Position numbers and translations under genes: made by a program. From an uncultured Acidobacteriota bacterium (GTDB taxonomy: Bacteria; Acidobacteriota; Vicinamibacteria; Vicinamibacterales; UBA2999), in the NCBI GenBank assembly GCA_963707795.1, contig OY970174.1, forward strand, positions 2,906,206 to 2,970,205: DNA of 64,000 nt, in the 5' to 3' direction. Below the pieces are notes generated by a model. That model made no database searches. It was not told the DNA's origin and saw only the letters and a list, made by a program, of their open reading frames with translations. Positions 21,201-32,019 of the stretch are shown one piece after another (positions within the stretch are counted from its first letter, which is position 1; the number at the start of each line of letters is the position of its first letter).

Positions 21201-21389
21201 AATGGGCAGGGTGTACAGGTCGCCGAGCAGATCGAAGACGAGCGTCCGGCCGTCGGGCGAGACGTCCACGCTCATCCAGGTGCCCTCCGATACCGTGAAC
21301 GCGATCGGGCGTGCGGCGTGGACGGTCTCGACGCGAAGCGGAAGCGCGGCCAGCAGCGCGAGGCCGAGAAGCGTCAGGGTGGGTCTCAT
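18270..21389 (-). CDS. Secreted TolB-like propeller + amidohydrolase family protein
   Basis: Signal peptide; EGTWMSVDVSPDG and many PD40 repeats; PGLVDAHWHG metal motif; GSIEAGKIADLVIL. Confidence 0.9.
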   Translation of the reverse strand: MRPTLTLLGLALLAALPLRVETVHAARPIAFTVSEGTWMSVDVSPDGRTLVFDLLGDLYTLPIAGGRATRITDGNAYDTQPRWAPDGRRIAFASDRSGSDNIWTVAPDGSGALAVTAERDGGLTAPAWSPDGEYVVVRKDPTLNRRGSAELWLYHRAGGRGVRLTEREVQPGFNPNGPVFSPDARWIYFAHGNRVLDFTWVPWQLWRLDRRSGDVSQVTTGYRGAVRPAIAPDGRHLAFIRRDHGQSALVVRDIESGVERDLRTGLDRDDQRGTTDYDAYPGFSFMPDGRSIVLASGGTFQRIPIDGSAATAIPFTADVALDLPERPVFPVAITDAPVTARVVRWVQFAPKDQVVFEALGKIWIAGRGVRPTRLTGGDQREYAPALSPDGAWVAYVTWDEAAGGHVWKVPLAAAGERRPVQVTRIARQYANPAWSPDGSRIAVSWRPPNVGSSANVWEDDAWHAIVWVPAEGGESRTVTTVRPRTTGRWYPIPRFSADGTRLYFITASSATRNDLVSVALDGGDRRAHARFRYVEEAVLSPDERHLAFVSMDEVYVTRLPATGDEPFEVDLDRPLLPLQTITRDGGGYLDWDREGRLTWCYANVAYRQRVGAVDGSGAQAEVESVRLEVTSPRAIPSGSTLLQGARLITMGGDEVIEEGDVLVTSGRIAAVGRSGSLSAPRDAQVVDVRGKTILPGLVDAHWHGHYQGQEIFPAHKWQYLADLAYGLTTGREVSAPTRDTVAQADMVETGDLVGPRVFGTGWPLFFGREGGANQVVVVENLDDARRHVRRLKRNGVQWLKQYLQPRREQRQWLQQAAREEGLMITAEGGGLKVQTTMILDGFTNFEHGIPVAPLYQDMVQLLARSKTAYTPTFVAGYAKPGSMEHYYATQDVHDDPRARRFMPHDLLDRFTTIRILIPEDQYFYRTAARSAYEVYKAGGLLGVGGHGNHPGLGLHWELWSFVDGGMPAMDALRAVTRGNAELLGVGADLGSIEAGKIADLVILNTDPRTDITRTIDVARVMKAGRLYDPDELAEKMPKN

Positions 21390-21451
21390 GGGTGATTCGC
21401 CTCGGGTACGGTTGATGGTCCGGTCCTGATCGGGAATGGCCGCGGCGCCGG

Positions 21452-23356
21452 TCATTGGCAATAGCGGCGGTCGAGCGCGCACGCCTTGTCGAGCGCCGCG
21501 GCCGCCGACGCGGCATCGCCGCGCAGCCGGAGCGCGAGCGACAGGTTGTGCTGCGCCTGGCCGCTCGCCGGGTTGAGCCCGACCGCCGTCGTCATCGCCT
21601 GCACCGCCTCGGTCGGGCGTTCCTGCAGCACGTACACCGCGCCGAGGGTGTTCCAGGCGTCGAAGTAGTCGGGCTCGATCGCAAGCGCCTGCCGTGCCAT
21701 CGCCTCGGCGCGTGCGAGATCGCCGCGCGTGAAGGCCAGGGCGGCGAGGTTCTGGTAGGCGCGCATGTTCCGCGGTTCGTCCGCCACCACCGCGCGCAGC
21801 ACCGATTCGGCGCGGTCGGTCTGCCCGATGCGCAGGCAGGCCAGGGCCAGCTTGAAGCGGGCGAGGACGTGGCGGGGGTTGAGCTGCACGGTGCGCTCGA
21901 GCGCGGTCACCGCCTCGCGATAGCGGCCCTCGGCGCCGAGAATGACGCCGCGCAGGTAGTGCACCTGCGTCAGGTCCTGCTCCATCGCGTCCGCGCGGCC
22001 GAGCGCCTCGAGCGCTTCGTCCGGCCGCCCGGCATCCGCGAGGGTGAGGGCAGTCATGACGAGCCGGTAGATCGCGATCTTGGACTTGGGATCGGGGCGC
22101 GCGCCGCCGGTGTCCCCGCGGTCGGGAGCGGGGCGTCCCTGGCCGATGTAGCCGAGCGCCATGAACTTCTCCGCCTCGACCGCGTCGAGGCCGTCACGGC
22201 GCGGCGCCGCCAGCGCGTTGGCCGAGGCACGGACGACGATCGACTGCAGCCGTGTCGCGGCCGCCGGCTCGGACGCCGCCAGGTTGTTCGCCTCGCCAGG
22301 ATCCTCGCGCCAGCGGTACAACTCCGGTTGGGGTGCGTCCACGTACTTGGCGGACGAGGTGCGAATCGACTTGAGCTCGGCCCAATCGAACTGGTGCCGT
22401 GGCAGGAACGTCTCGCTGTAGGCGTCCAGTCCCGGGTCCCGGTTGCCGGCGAGATACGGCGTCAGATCCACGCCGTCGAGGGCGGCGCCCGGCGGCGGCG
22501 TCTCACCACCGTCGCCCGCGGCCGCCAAAGTCATCATGGTCGGCAGCACGTCGTGCAGTCGCACCTGTGGCTGGAAACGTCCCGCGGCGAGGCCCGGCGC
22601 CTTGAGCAGCCACGGGATGCGAATCGTCGAGTCGTAGACGAAGAAGCCGTGCGTGTCCTCGCCGTGCTCGCCGAGCGATTCGCCGTGATCGGACGTGACG
22701 CTCACCACCAGGTCGTCCCACAGGCCGCGCGTCCGGAGGGAGGCGACGAAGGCGCCGATGGCGCGGTCGGCGGCCGCCACTTCCCCGGCGTAGCTGCCGG
22801 ACAGATACGGGGCGTGCGGCTCGAACAGGTGCACCCACAGGAAAAAGCTTGCCGCCGGATCGGGGCGTGCGGCGAGCCATCGGCTCGCCCGCTCGAGCGT
22901 CGCCTCGGCGCTGCGCTCCGGCTGCTGCCCCGGCATCTCGTCGTCGTACACGTCGAAGCCGGCGTCGAGGCCGTAGCGGCGATCGAGGACGACGGCACTG
23001 ACGAAGGCGGCGGTGTCGTAGCCGAGCGACTGGAGGCGCGCGCTGTAGGTCGGGGTGGCGGCGGCCAGGGCGTCGATGTGATTGTCGCGCACGCCGTGCG
23101 CCGGCGGGATGCGGCCGGTCAGCAGCGAGGCGTGGGCCGGCAGCGTGAGCGGGCCGACGCTGATCGCGGTGTCGAAGACGACGCCCTCGGCGCCGAGCGC
23201 GAACAGGGCCGGGGCGCCCTGCGCGGTGACGTGATCCGGGCGCAGGGTGTCGACGGTGATGAGGATCATCGAGCGCCGCGCCGGCGCCGGCGTGCACGCA
23301 CTCACGCCGGCCGCGGCGAGCACCAGCACGAGGACGCGGATCACGGCAGCGGACAC
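21452..23356 (-). CDS. Sulfatase-like hydrolase (Thr nucleophile) with C-terminal TPRs, probable lipoprotein
   Basis: Lipobox-like VSAC; ITVDTLRPDH, PLTLPAHASLLTG, WVHLFEPH, TSDHGE..GEHGE..HG; TPR repeats. Start GTG 23356 or 23344. Confidence 0.85.
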   Translation of the reverse strand: MSAAVIRVLVLVLAAAGVSACTPAPARRSMILITVDTLRPDHVTAQGAPALFALGAEGVVFDTAISVGPLTLPAHASLLTGRIPPAHGVRDNHIDALAAATPTYSARLQSLGYDTAAFVSAVVLDRRYGLDAGFDVYDDEMPGQQPERSAEATLERASRWLAARPDPAASFFLWVHLFEPHAPYLSGSYAGEVAAADRAIGAFVASLRTRGLWDDLVVSVTSDHGESLGEHGEDTHGFFVYDSTIRIPWLLKAPGLAAGRFQPQVRLHDVLPTMMTLAAAGDGGETPPPGAALDGVDLTPYLAGNRDPGLDAYSETFLPRHQFDWAELKSIRTSSAKYVDAPQPELYRWREDPGEANNLAASEPAAATRLQSIVVRASANALAAPRRDGLDAVEAEKFMALGYIGQGRPAPDRGDTGGARPDPKSKIAIYRLVMTALTLADAGRPDEALEALGRADAMEQDLTQVHYLRGVILGAEGRYREAVTALERTVQLNPRHVLARFKLALACLRIGQTDRAESVLRAVVADEPRNMRAYQNLAALAFTRGDLARAEAMARQALAIEPDYFDAWNTLGAVYVLQERPTEAVQAMTTAVGLNPASGQAQHNLSLALRLRGDAASAAAALDKACALDRRYCQ

Positions 23357-23427
23357 CGGCAGACTCCCGAGAGACGCGCGGGCGGCGGCGTGCGGCCGCA
23401 CGCCCGCGGCAACTACGTCGAGGGCGA

Positions 23428-26400
23428 TCAGAAGATCAGCTTGATCGCCAGCTGGATCTCGCGCGCGGCGAACGCTTGCGTCGAGCGACCGAAGGTCGCC
23501 TGCGCCATGTTGCCGTTCGGCCGCTGCAGGTTGACGCGGTCGAACAGGTTGAAGGCTTCGGCGCGGATCTGGATGCGCGAATTGCCGGCGGGCAGACGGA
23601 AGTCCTTGAACAGCGACAGGTCGGTGCTGGCGAAGCCAGGCCCGCGGTAGGAATTGCGCGGCAGCGTGCCGAGCACGTCCGGGCGCGGGAAGTCGGCGGC
23701 CACGAACAGCCCGTCGCGATACGCCTGCTGGCTGTTGTTGGGCAGCTCGAGACCGAAGGCCGGCAGGTTGGGGCGATCGTTGTTGACGCCGTCGCCGTTG
23801 TAGTCGCCGCCGGCGGCAAAGCTCAGGCTGGTGTTGACGTTGAACGGGAACCCGCTCTGCAGCGCGGTGACGCCGTTGATCTGCCATCCGCCGAGCAACA
23901 TCCCGGCCACGCCCGTGTTGTTGCGCAAGAACGGCACTTCCCACAACCAGTTGATCGCCAGGCGGTGGCGGACGTCGAAGTCCGCCGGCCCCCACTCGAG
24001 CTCGAGCGCGCGCGCGTCCACCGGCAGGCCGCCGACCTGCACGTCGGAGCCGTCGTCCATCGCCTTGCCGAGGGTGTACGAGACCTGGCCGGAGAACCCG
24101 CGCGTGTAGCGCTTGTTCAACTGCAGCTGCATCCCGTGATACTCGCTGCGCGCCAGCATCGCGCGGTAGTTGATGCCCCCGAACGTCGGGTTGAGGCGGT
24201 CGAGGCGGCCGTCGAACAGATCGCCGCGCACCGTGTTGAAGTCCACGAGCCGGCCGTAGTTGCGGCCGACGTTGCCGAGGTAGTTCGCTTCGACCACCAT
24301 GTTGGCGCCCAGTTCGGCCTGCATGCCGACGAACCACGCGTGGGTGTAGGCGTCGCGGGTGTTCGGGATCGGGCACGCGCAGCGACTGCGTGGTGGTGCC
24401 GAAGGCGGGATTCCAGCCGATGATGTTGCCGACGATGCCCAGCCCCGGCTGCACGCCGATGTTGTTGTTGGGGCCGGTGATGGTGATCGGCTCGTTGCGC
24501 GCGGCTGCCGTCCGGGTTGATCGGCCCGTAGGCGATCGGCAGCCCGGCGTGCGACGGCGTCGTCACCGGGGTGGCGCTGGTGAAGGCGTAGTCGGGCGGG
24601 TTGAAGCGGATGTTCGTGATCGAGTTGTTGAACAGCCGCTCATAGGCGATGCCGTAGCCGCCCCGTACGGCCACACTCCCGTTCGAGAGCGGGTCCCAGG
24701 AGAAGCCCATCCGCGGCGCGAAGTTGTTGAAGTCGTCGGGCACCACCTGATCGACCCGGCCGACGCGTCGCCGTCCGCACCTGCTCGAAGATGTCGCCGC
24801 CGCTGCCGAGGATGATGTTGGTCAGCAGGCCGTTCGCCTCGGACGGCCGGCCGAACCACTCGTGCCGGATGCCGAGGTTCACCGTCAGGTTGGTCAGGAT
24901 CTTCCAGTCGTCCTGCACGAACACGCCGCTCTCCCAGAAGCGGAAGTTGCGCGTGTTCGGCTCGATCAAGCCGGTGGCCGGGTTGACGCCGAGAATCGTG
25001 ACCGAGCGCACCTCGTCCATCGCGAAATCGAGGACGTTGGCAAAGGCGAGGCCGGGCCGCCGTACGGCGAAGTCCGAGTCATCGCGCACGTGGCGGACTT
25101 CGCCGCCGAACTTCACGTTGTGGCTGCCGCGCGACATCGACACCGTGTCCACCCAGTGGAACGTCTTCTGCGTGAACACGGCCGGGTTGGTGGGCAGGTT
25201 GCCGAATGCGATGGTGCCGTCGTCGAACGTGATCGAGGGCACGCCGGCGTTGTTCGCCTCCAGGCCGCGCTCGCGGCTGACGTAGCCGAACCGGGCTTCG
25301 TTGACCGTGCGGTTGGAGATGACCTGGGTCACGCCGATGGTCAGGTTCTTGCCGTTCTCGACGATGGGCTGGTTGAAGCCGGGGCGCGGCACCGTCTGGT
25401 TGTCGTCCCGGATCCGGTCGTCCTGCAGGTAGCGCCCCATCACCCGCATCGACGAGGTCAACTCGTGGTCGAGCCGGAGGTTGTACTGATCGGTCGTCGT
25501 CTTCTCCGCGATGCTCATGTTCACGGTCCCGATGTCGGGGATGCCGTCGGGCGTCCCCTGCAGGGCGTTGCGGTACTGCGTGCCGCCGGTGGACACGTAA
25601 TTGGGATTGGAGACCACCCCGGGGGTGTTGATCGAGCTGTCGTTGGCCAGACCGCTGACCGGACGGCCGATGTCGCGCACGTTGCTGGTCGGCAGCGGCG
25701 AGGGGAAGTTCTGGAACAGGAAGTTGGCGATCGAGTTCGGGTTGAGCGTGGCAACCAGCTGCCGCAGCTCCGGCGTCTCCACGGTCCGCACCAGCGTCAC
25801 CCCGCGGTTCACCCGCAGCCCCTCGTAGCCGGCGAAGAAGAACGTCTTGTCGCGGCGGACCGGCCCGCCCAGCGTGCCGCCGAACTGGTTGAAGTTCAGC
25901 GGATCCTTCGCCGACGCGAACACGGTCTTCTCGTCGAGGGCGTCGTTGCGCAGGAACTCGTAGGCGGTGCCATGCGCGCGGTTGCTGCCCTGCTTGGTCA
26001 CGACGTTGACGACCGGCGGCGCTGTTGCGGCCGAACTCGGCCGAGATGTTGTTCGACGAGACGCGGAACTCCTGGACGATGTCGACGTTGGGGTTGACCG
26101 CGACGCGGCCGGCGGTGAACTGATCGTTGTTGTCGGTGCCGTCGAGCAGGAAGTTGTTGGCGCGGTTGCGCTGGCCGTTCATGAACGCCGAATCGCCGCC
26201 GGCCGTGCCGCCGAGCACCACGTTGCCGGGATTGCCCGTGGCGCCGGGCTGCAGCTCCATCAACTGGAAGACGTTGCGGCCGTTCAGCGGCAGCTCGCTG
26301 ACGCGCTTCTCGTCCACCAGCGTCGAGATGCGGCCCTCTTCGGTGTTGATGAGCCGCGCCTGCGATTCGACGGTCACCGTTTCGCCGAAGCCGCCGATCT

Positions 26401-26719
26401 CCAGCGTGAAGTCGAGGCGGACGGTGTCGCCGACGGTCAGCAGCACGCCGGACTGCGTGACTGTGCGGAAGCCCGACAGCTCGGTCGTCACCTCGTAGGT
26501 GCCGCGCGGCAGATTGGTGACGCGATACAGCCCTTCGTCACCGGACACTACCTGGCGCACCTCGCCGGTTTCGGTGTTGCGCAGCGTGACGGTGGCGCCC
26601 GGCACGACGCCGCCGGTGGCGTCCTTCACCGCGCCAGTCAGACTCGCGCCGGCCTGGGCAGCGGCACTGCCCGGCACGAACGCAATGAGAGCGAGAACCA
26701 GCCCGAGAGTCTTGGTCAT
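23428..26719 (-). CDS. TonB-dependent receptor (Oar-like, carboxypeptidase-regulatory N-domain), interrupted by four +1 frameshifts
   Basis: Signal peptide, LPLNGRN, NNFLLDG.DNND, FVQDDWK, NNFAPR.GFSWD, C-terminal REIQLAIKLIF. Extra bases at ~26013, ~24765, ~24501 and ~24365. Confidence 0.88.
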
Positions 26720-26800
26720 GTCAACCTCACGCAGGCGGTGGGGACGGCCTGCCGTTCGGATCAATTGGCAACACACACGCGTCAACGAAGCGACGGCGAC

Positions 26801-26829
26801 AGTGTGGTCGGGCCGCGTACGGGTGTCAA
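26801..26829 (-). promoter_or_regulatory. Sigma70-type promoter for the TonB receptor operon
   Basis: Minus strand TTGACA-17 nt-CACACT, about 80 nt upstream of ATG 26719. Confidence 0.55.
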
Positions 26830-26918
26830 GCTGCGAAATGCTGGGACGAATGGTCGATGCCAGGCGGACATGACCCGCATGCTCGCGCGGGATGCGGGCG
26901 CCGTATGACAATGAGCCC

Positions 26919-28302
26919 GTGACCGTCGATCCCCTGGCGCCTGCCGTCGCCATCGCGCGGCTCGTGCAGCAGCGCGGCGGACGCGCGCTGCTCGTCGGAG
27001 GCTTCGTCCGCGACCGGCTGCTCGGCCTGCCGTCCAAGGACCTCGACGTCGAGGTCTTCGGCGTTCCTGAAGCCGAGTTGCGGGCGCTGCTCGGGCAGCT
27101 GGGCCGCGTCGAGGTCGTCGGCCAGGCGTTCGCGGTCTACAAGGTCGGCGGCGTCGACGTCGCACTGCCGCGCCGCGAATCGAAGAGCGGACCGGGACAC
27201 CGGGGATTCACCGTCACCGGCGATCCGGCGATGACGGTGGCCGAGGCCGCGCGGCGGCGCGATTTCACCGTCAACGCCATCGCCTGGGATCCGCTGTCCG
27301 ACGTCTACGAGGACCCGGTGGGCGGACGCGACGACCTGGCGCACCGGCGCCTGCGCCTGGTCGACCCGGCGACCTTCGCCGACGACTCGCTCCGCGTGCT
27401 CCGCGCCCTGCAGCTCGCCGCGCGCTTCGAACTGACGATGGACGAAGGCACCGCCGCCGTGTGCCGCGGCATCCCGCTCGACGACTTGCCGGCCGAGCGC
27501 ATCTGGGGCGAGATGGAGAAGCTGCTGTTGCGGGCGGAGCGGCCGTCGATCGGCTTCACCCTTGCGCACGAGCTCGGCGTGACCGGGCGGATCCTGCCCG
27601 AGATGCAGGCGCTCATCGGCTGCCCGCAGGAGCCCGAGTGGCATCCCGAGGGCGACGTGTGGATTCACACGCTGATGGTCATCGACCAGGCGCGGCAGCG
27701 CAACGGCGGACCTCGATCGGGCGCGGCTGGCGGCCGTCATGCTGGGCGCCGTGTGCCACGACTTCGGCAAGCCGGCGACCACCGCGGCCATCGACGGCCG
27801 CATCCGCTCGCTCGGGCACGAGGAAGCCGGCGTCGCGCCGGCGACGCGGCTGCTCGACCGCCTCAACGTCCATGCGCTCGACGGCTTCGACGTCCGCGCC
27901 CAGGTGCTCGGGCTCACCGCGCACCACCTCAAGCCGGGCGCGTTCTACAAGGTGCGCGACGAGCTGACCGACGGCGCCTTCCGCCGGCTGGCGCTGAAAG
28001 TGGACCTCGACCTGCTCGCGCGGCTGGCGCGCGCCGACTGCCTCGGGCGCGCCGGCGACTTCGACTGCTCGGCGATGGACTGGTTCGTCGACCAGGCGCG
28101 ACGGCTCGGCGTCGAGCACGAGCCCCCCGCGCCGATCCTGATGGGCCGCCACCTGCTGGAGCTCGGGATGCCGCCCGGTCCCGACATGGGGAAGATCCTG
28201 AAAGCCGTCTACGAACTGCAGCTCGACGGCGTGGTCGCGGACCTGCCGGCGGCGATCGCACACGCCCGTGCCGCGCTCGCCAGCGGCGGCGACCGGCCGT
28301 AA
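26919..28302 (+). CDS. cca: CCA tRNA nucleotidyltransferase with HD domain (frameshift at ~27708)
   Basis: [50 protein letters not shown]. One extra G joins the two ORFs. Confidence 0.88.
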
Positions 28303-28320
28303 TCGTCCGAATGTCGGCCG

Positions 28321-29326
28321 TCAGGCCCGGGTGAGGTACTCCGCGAACTGTCTCCGGCTCGACGTTGCCGCCGCTGACGATGGCGACGACCGGGCCGCGG
28401 ACGGTATCGACATGGCCCAGCCCGAGCATCAGCGCGGCGGTGGTCACCGAGCCGCTCGGCTCGACGACCAGGCGGGCGTGGCGGAACAGCCAGGCGATGG
28501 CGCGCACCATGGCCTCGTCCGGGACCGTCACGACCTCGTCGACGAAGGCGCGCACGTGCTCGAACGTCAGCTCGCCCGGCCGGATGGTCAGCAAGCCGTC
28601 GGCGATGCTCGCGGTGCGGTCCAGTGTCGTCGGCCGGCCGGCGACGAGTGACGTCGACATCTTTGCCGCGCCCGCCGGCTCGACCCCGACGACCCTGACG
28701 CCGGGCGCCCGCTGCTTGATCGCGGCGGCGACGCCGGAGCTCAAGCCGCCGCCGCCGACCGGGACCAGCACGGTGGCCGCCTCCGGACACTGCTCGAGGA
28801 TCTCGAGGCCGGCGGTCCCCTGGCCGGCGATGATCATCGGGTGGTCGAAGGGCGGCACGATGGTGAGCTGCCGCTCGGCGGCGAGGGCCTCGGCGCGGAC
28901 CTTTCGATCCTGCGACGTGGTGCCGGCGAACGTCACCTCGGCGCCGTAGCCGCGCGCCCCCTCGACCTTGACCGCCGGGGCCGTGGTCGGCATGACAATC
29001 ACCGCCGGCGCGCCGAGCGTGCGTGCGGCGAGCGCGACCGCCTGCCCGTGATTCCCGGACGAGTACGTGATGACGCCCCGCTGCAGCTGGTCGCGCGAGA
29101 GCTGCGCCAGCATGTTGCAGGCGCCGCGAATCTTGAAGGCGCCCATCGGCTGCAGGTTCTCGCACTTGAGCCACAGCGTGCCCGGCGCGGCGCCCGCCGG
29201 TCCGGCGTCGGGACGGGCGTCCCCGGCGGCCGGCCACGGGACCTCGAGGAGCGGGGTGCGGCGTGCGGTGGGGCGAATGCGCAGCGCCGCCGCTTCGATG
29301 TCCGCGAGCGAGACCAGCGTGGACAT
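28321..29326 (-). CDS. PLP-dependent threonine/serine dehydratase (serine racemase-like), frameshift near the 3' end
   Basis: KCENLQPMGAFKIRGA, SSGNHGQ, PVGGGGL, VEPSG, SGGNV. Removing one A at ~28351 gives EQFAEYLTRA* ending at 28321. Confidence 0.88.
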
Positions 29327-29328
29327 AC

Positions 29329-30984
29329 CTAGCTCTTGGCGCGGACGTTGGCGAACTGGTCGCCCTCGTTGTAGCGCGGCATCTCGTCGCTGGCGGCAAT
29401 CCGCCAGGCGAGCTGCGCCAGCAGCTTGAGGTCGGCGATGGCACCGCTGAAATCCCACGCCGGATCGAACTCGTCGCTCGGTTGATGGTAATCGGTGGTG
29501 TTGTAGGCCTCCTGCCGGGCCTTCAGCGCCGCGGCGTCAGGCCCGGTGAACGTCTGCGGCTCGCTGATCGACAGCGCCGGCACGCCGGCCTTGGCGAGGG
29601 GAAAGTGATCGGAGCGGAAGAACGATCCGCGCTCGGGGTGCTGGTCGGCGCCGATCGTGCGGCCGCGCTCGCGCGCCACCGCCTCGGCCATCGGCCCGAG
29701 CGTCGAGCGATCGGCGCCGAGCAGCACGATGTCGCTGCTCGGGCCCAGATAGTTGATGCCGTCGACGTTGATGTTGGCCGCCGCCTGATCGAGCGGCAGC
29801 GGCGGGTGCTGCGCGAAGTACTCGGCGCCGAGCAGTCCGGATTCCTCCGCCGTCGTGAACACGAACAGCATCGAGCGGCCCGGCCGCACCTCCGCGCGCA
29901 CCATCGCCTGGGCCATCATCAGCAGGCCGGCGCAGCCGGACGCGTTGTCGTAGGCGCCGTTGAAGATGCGGTCGGCGTCCGGCTTGTCGCCGGGCCGCGG
30001 GTCGCGGGTGCCGAAATGGTCGTAGTGCGCGGTGAGGATCACCGCCTGCTGCGCGCTGGCACCGGTCAGCACGCCGATCACGTTCGGCGTCGTCTTGCGC
30101 GCCGTGCGCTGCTGCAGCGTCGCCGCCGCACGCACGCCGAGCGGCACCGGCTTGAACCCGCGCCGCACGGCGGCGGTGCGCAGCTGCTCGAGATCGCGGC
30201 CGCCGCGCCGGGCCAGATCGCGCGCCGCGGCATCGGTCATCCACGCCTTGATGGCGAGCGCCGGCGCCCCGGCGGCCGGCGGCAGCGCGTACTGCGTGCC
30301 GGTCCACGACGACTGGACCACCTGCCACGGATAGGTCGCCGACTCGTCGGTGTGGATGAGCAGGGCGCCGGCCGCGCCCTGCCGCGCCGCCTCTTCGAAC
30401 TTGTAGGTCCAGCGTCCGTAATAGGTCAGCGCCGGGCCGCCGAACAGCGCCGGTTCGTCCGCGGGGGCCGGCGGGTCGTTGACCATGACCAGCACCCACT
30501 TGCCCTTGACGTCGACCCCGGCGTAGTCGTTCCACTGCAGTTCCGGCGCGACGATGCCATGACCGACGAACACCACCTCGCCCTGCACGTGCTCGCGCGC
30601 CCGCTCCGTGCCCGAGAACGCGACCACGTCGTCGTAGTAGCGATAGCTCCGGCCGGGCACGCTCAGGGTGAACGAGCGATCGACGGTGGCTTCGACGATG
30701 GGCACCTGCTGGAAGTAGGTTCCGTTGTCGCCGCCGGGCTCGAGGCCCATCGCCGCCAGCTGCGTCGCCAGATACTCCGCCGCCAGGGTGCCGCCCCGCG
30801 TCGAGGGCGCGCGCCCCTCCATGAGGTCGTGCGACAGCATGCGGATGTGCGCCTCGAGCGGCGCTTCGCGGATTTCGTCTTCCGCCGGGCCGCTCGGCGG
30901 CGGCGCCGTGGCGGGTGCGGGCGGGGTGGACGGCGTGCAGGCGGCGAGCGTGCACAGCAGAACGGCGGCGAGCGGCGTGCGCAT
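29329..30984 (-). CDS. M28 family metallopeptidase with PA domain, lipoprotein
   Basis: Lipobox LAAC; TAHYDHFG, NGAYDNASG, TAEESGLLG, RSDHF, YHQPSD. TATACT lies 6 nt upstream. Confidence 0.92.
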   Translation of the reverse strand: MRTPLAAVLLCTLAACTPSTPPAPATAPPPSGPAEDEIREAPLEAHIRMLSHDLMEGRAPSTRGGTLAAEYLATQLAAMGLEPGGDNGTYFQQVPIVEATVDRSFTLSVPGRSYRYYDDVVAFSGTERAREHVQGEVVFVGHGIVAPELQWNDYAGVDVKGKWVLVMVNDPPAPADEPALFGGPALTYYGRWTYKFEEAARQGAAGALLIHTDESATYPWQVVQSSWTGTQYALPPAAGAPALAIKAWMTDAAARDLARRGGRDLEQLRTAAVRRGFKPVPLGVRAAATLQQRTARKTTPNVIGVLTGASAQQAVILTAHYDHFGTRDPRPGDKPDADRIFNGAYDNASGCAGLLMMAQAMVRAEVRPGRSMLFVFTTAEESGLLGAEYFAQHPPLPLDQAAANINVDGINYLGPSSDIVLLGADRSTLGPMAEAVARERGRTIGADQHPERGSFFRSDHFPLAKAGVPALSISEPQTFTGPDAAALKARQEAYNTTDYHQPSDEFDPAWDFSGAIADLKLLAQLAWRIAASDEMPRYNEGDQFANVRAKS

Positions 30985-31025
30985 GCCGCCAGTATATCGG
31001 GCGGCGCGCGCGGGCGGGCCGACCG

Positions 31026-31949
31026 TCAGGCCTCGGCCTGACGCCGTCCGCCGCGGAACTCCTCGAACAGCCGCGGGATGTTGGCGGTCACCTTCGACAG
31101 CGTCGGCGCCCATCCCAGCGCCCGCGCGCGCGGGCTGCGCACGCGCTGGTCGAGGGCGAGGGCATCGGCGTAGACACCCAGCTTCCGCCGCGCTTCGGGC
31201 ATCGGCATGTAGCGCACGTCGGGGCGCTGCGGCAGGTGCTCGCCGATCGCCTCGACGATGTCGTTCACCCGCTCGTCCCTTTCGTCGTTGGCGTGGAAGA
31301 TCCCGCGTGCCTCCGGCGCCTGCAGCAGCCGGACGTAGAGCTCGGCGAGGTCGCGATCGTAGACGGTGGGCCACCGGTTCTTGCCCGGTCCGACCACGCG
31401 CACCAGGCCGTTCAACGCGTCCTTGAGCAGGTCGGAGACGAGGCCGCGGGCGCCGCCATAGACGATGCCCGGGCGGATCACGACGGTGCGCAGCCCGTTG
31501 TCGGCGCCCGCCTCGAGCACCCGCTGCTCGTGCGCCGGGCGCCAGGCGACGTGCGCCACGGGATCGATCGGCGTCGCTTCGTCGGCGGGCCGCGTCGTCA
31601 TGCCGAGCACCCACACCCCGGAGGTGTAGATGAGGACGGGCGCCGACCCGGCGGGCCGCCCCTTCAGCGAGCCGATCAGCGTCTCGATGGCGTCGCGATC
31701 CTTGTCGACCCCCCGCGGCGAATCCTCGAAGGCGGTATGGATGACGGCTTCAGCGTCGTCGAGCGCCGCGCGAAACCCGGCGGGCGCGCCGAGCTCGCCG
31801 ACGACCGGCGTGGCGCCGCGCGCGGCGAGGCGGGCGGCCTTCTCCGGGTCGCGGACGACCGCCGTCACTCGATGTCCACCGCGCAACAGCGCCTCGAGCA
31901 CCGCCGATCCGATGTAGCCAGTCGCGCCGGTCAGGAATACCCGCATCAT
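31026..31949 (-). CDS. NAD-dependent epimerase/dehydratase family (atypical SDR)
   Basis: VFLTGATGYIG, YTSGVWVLG, IRPGIVYG. Confidence 0.9.
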   Translation of the reverse strand: MMRVFLTGATGYIGSAVLEALLRGGHRVTAVVRDPEKAARLAARGATPVVGELGAPAGFRAALDDAEAVIHTAFEDSPRGVDKDRDAIETLIGSLKGRPAGSAPVLIYTSGVWVLGMTTRPADEATPIDPVAHVAWRPAHEQRVLEAGADNGLRTVVIRPGIVYGGARGLVSDLLKDALNGLVRVVGPGKNRWPTVYDRDLAELYVRLLQAPEARGIFHANDERDERVNDIVEAIGEHLPQRPDVRYMPMPEARRKLGVYADALALDQRVRSPRARALGWAPTLSKVTANIPRLFEEFRGGRRQAEA

Positions 31950-32019
31950 GCACCCATGGCCGGGCGTCGCCCCGCCATCCTTCACTTGCCTGAGGCAGCA
32001 AGCCCCGCATTGTACCGCG

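Noticed and set aside
26720-26800. Riboswitch in the TonB receptor leader
   Set aside because: The leader is only ~75 nt with one hairpin and has no recognisable cobalamin or TPP consensus.
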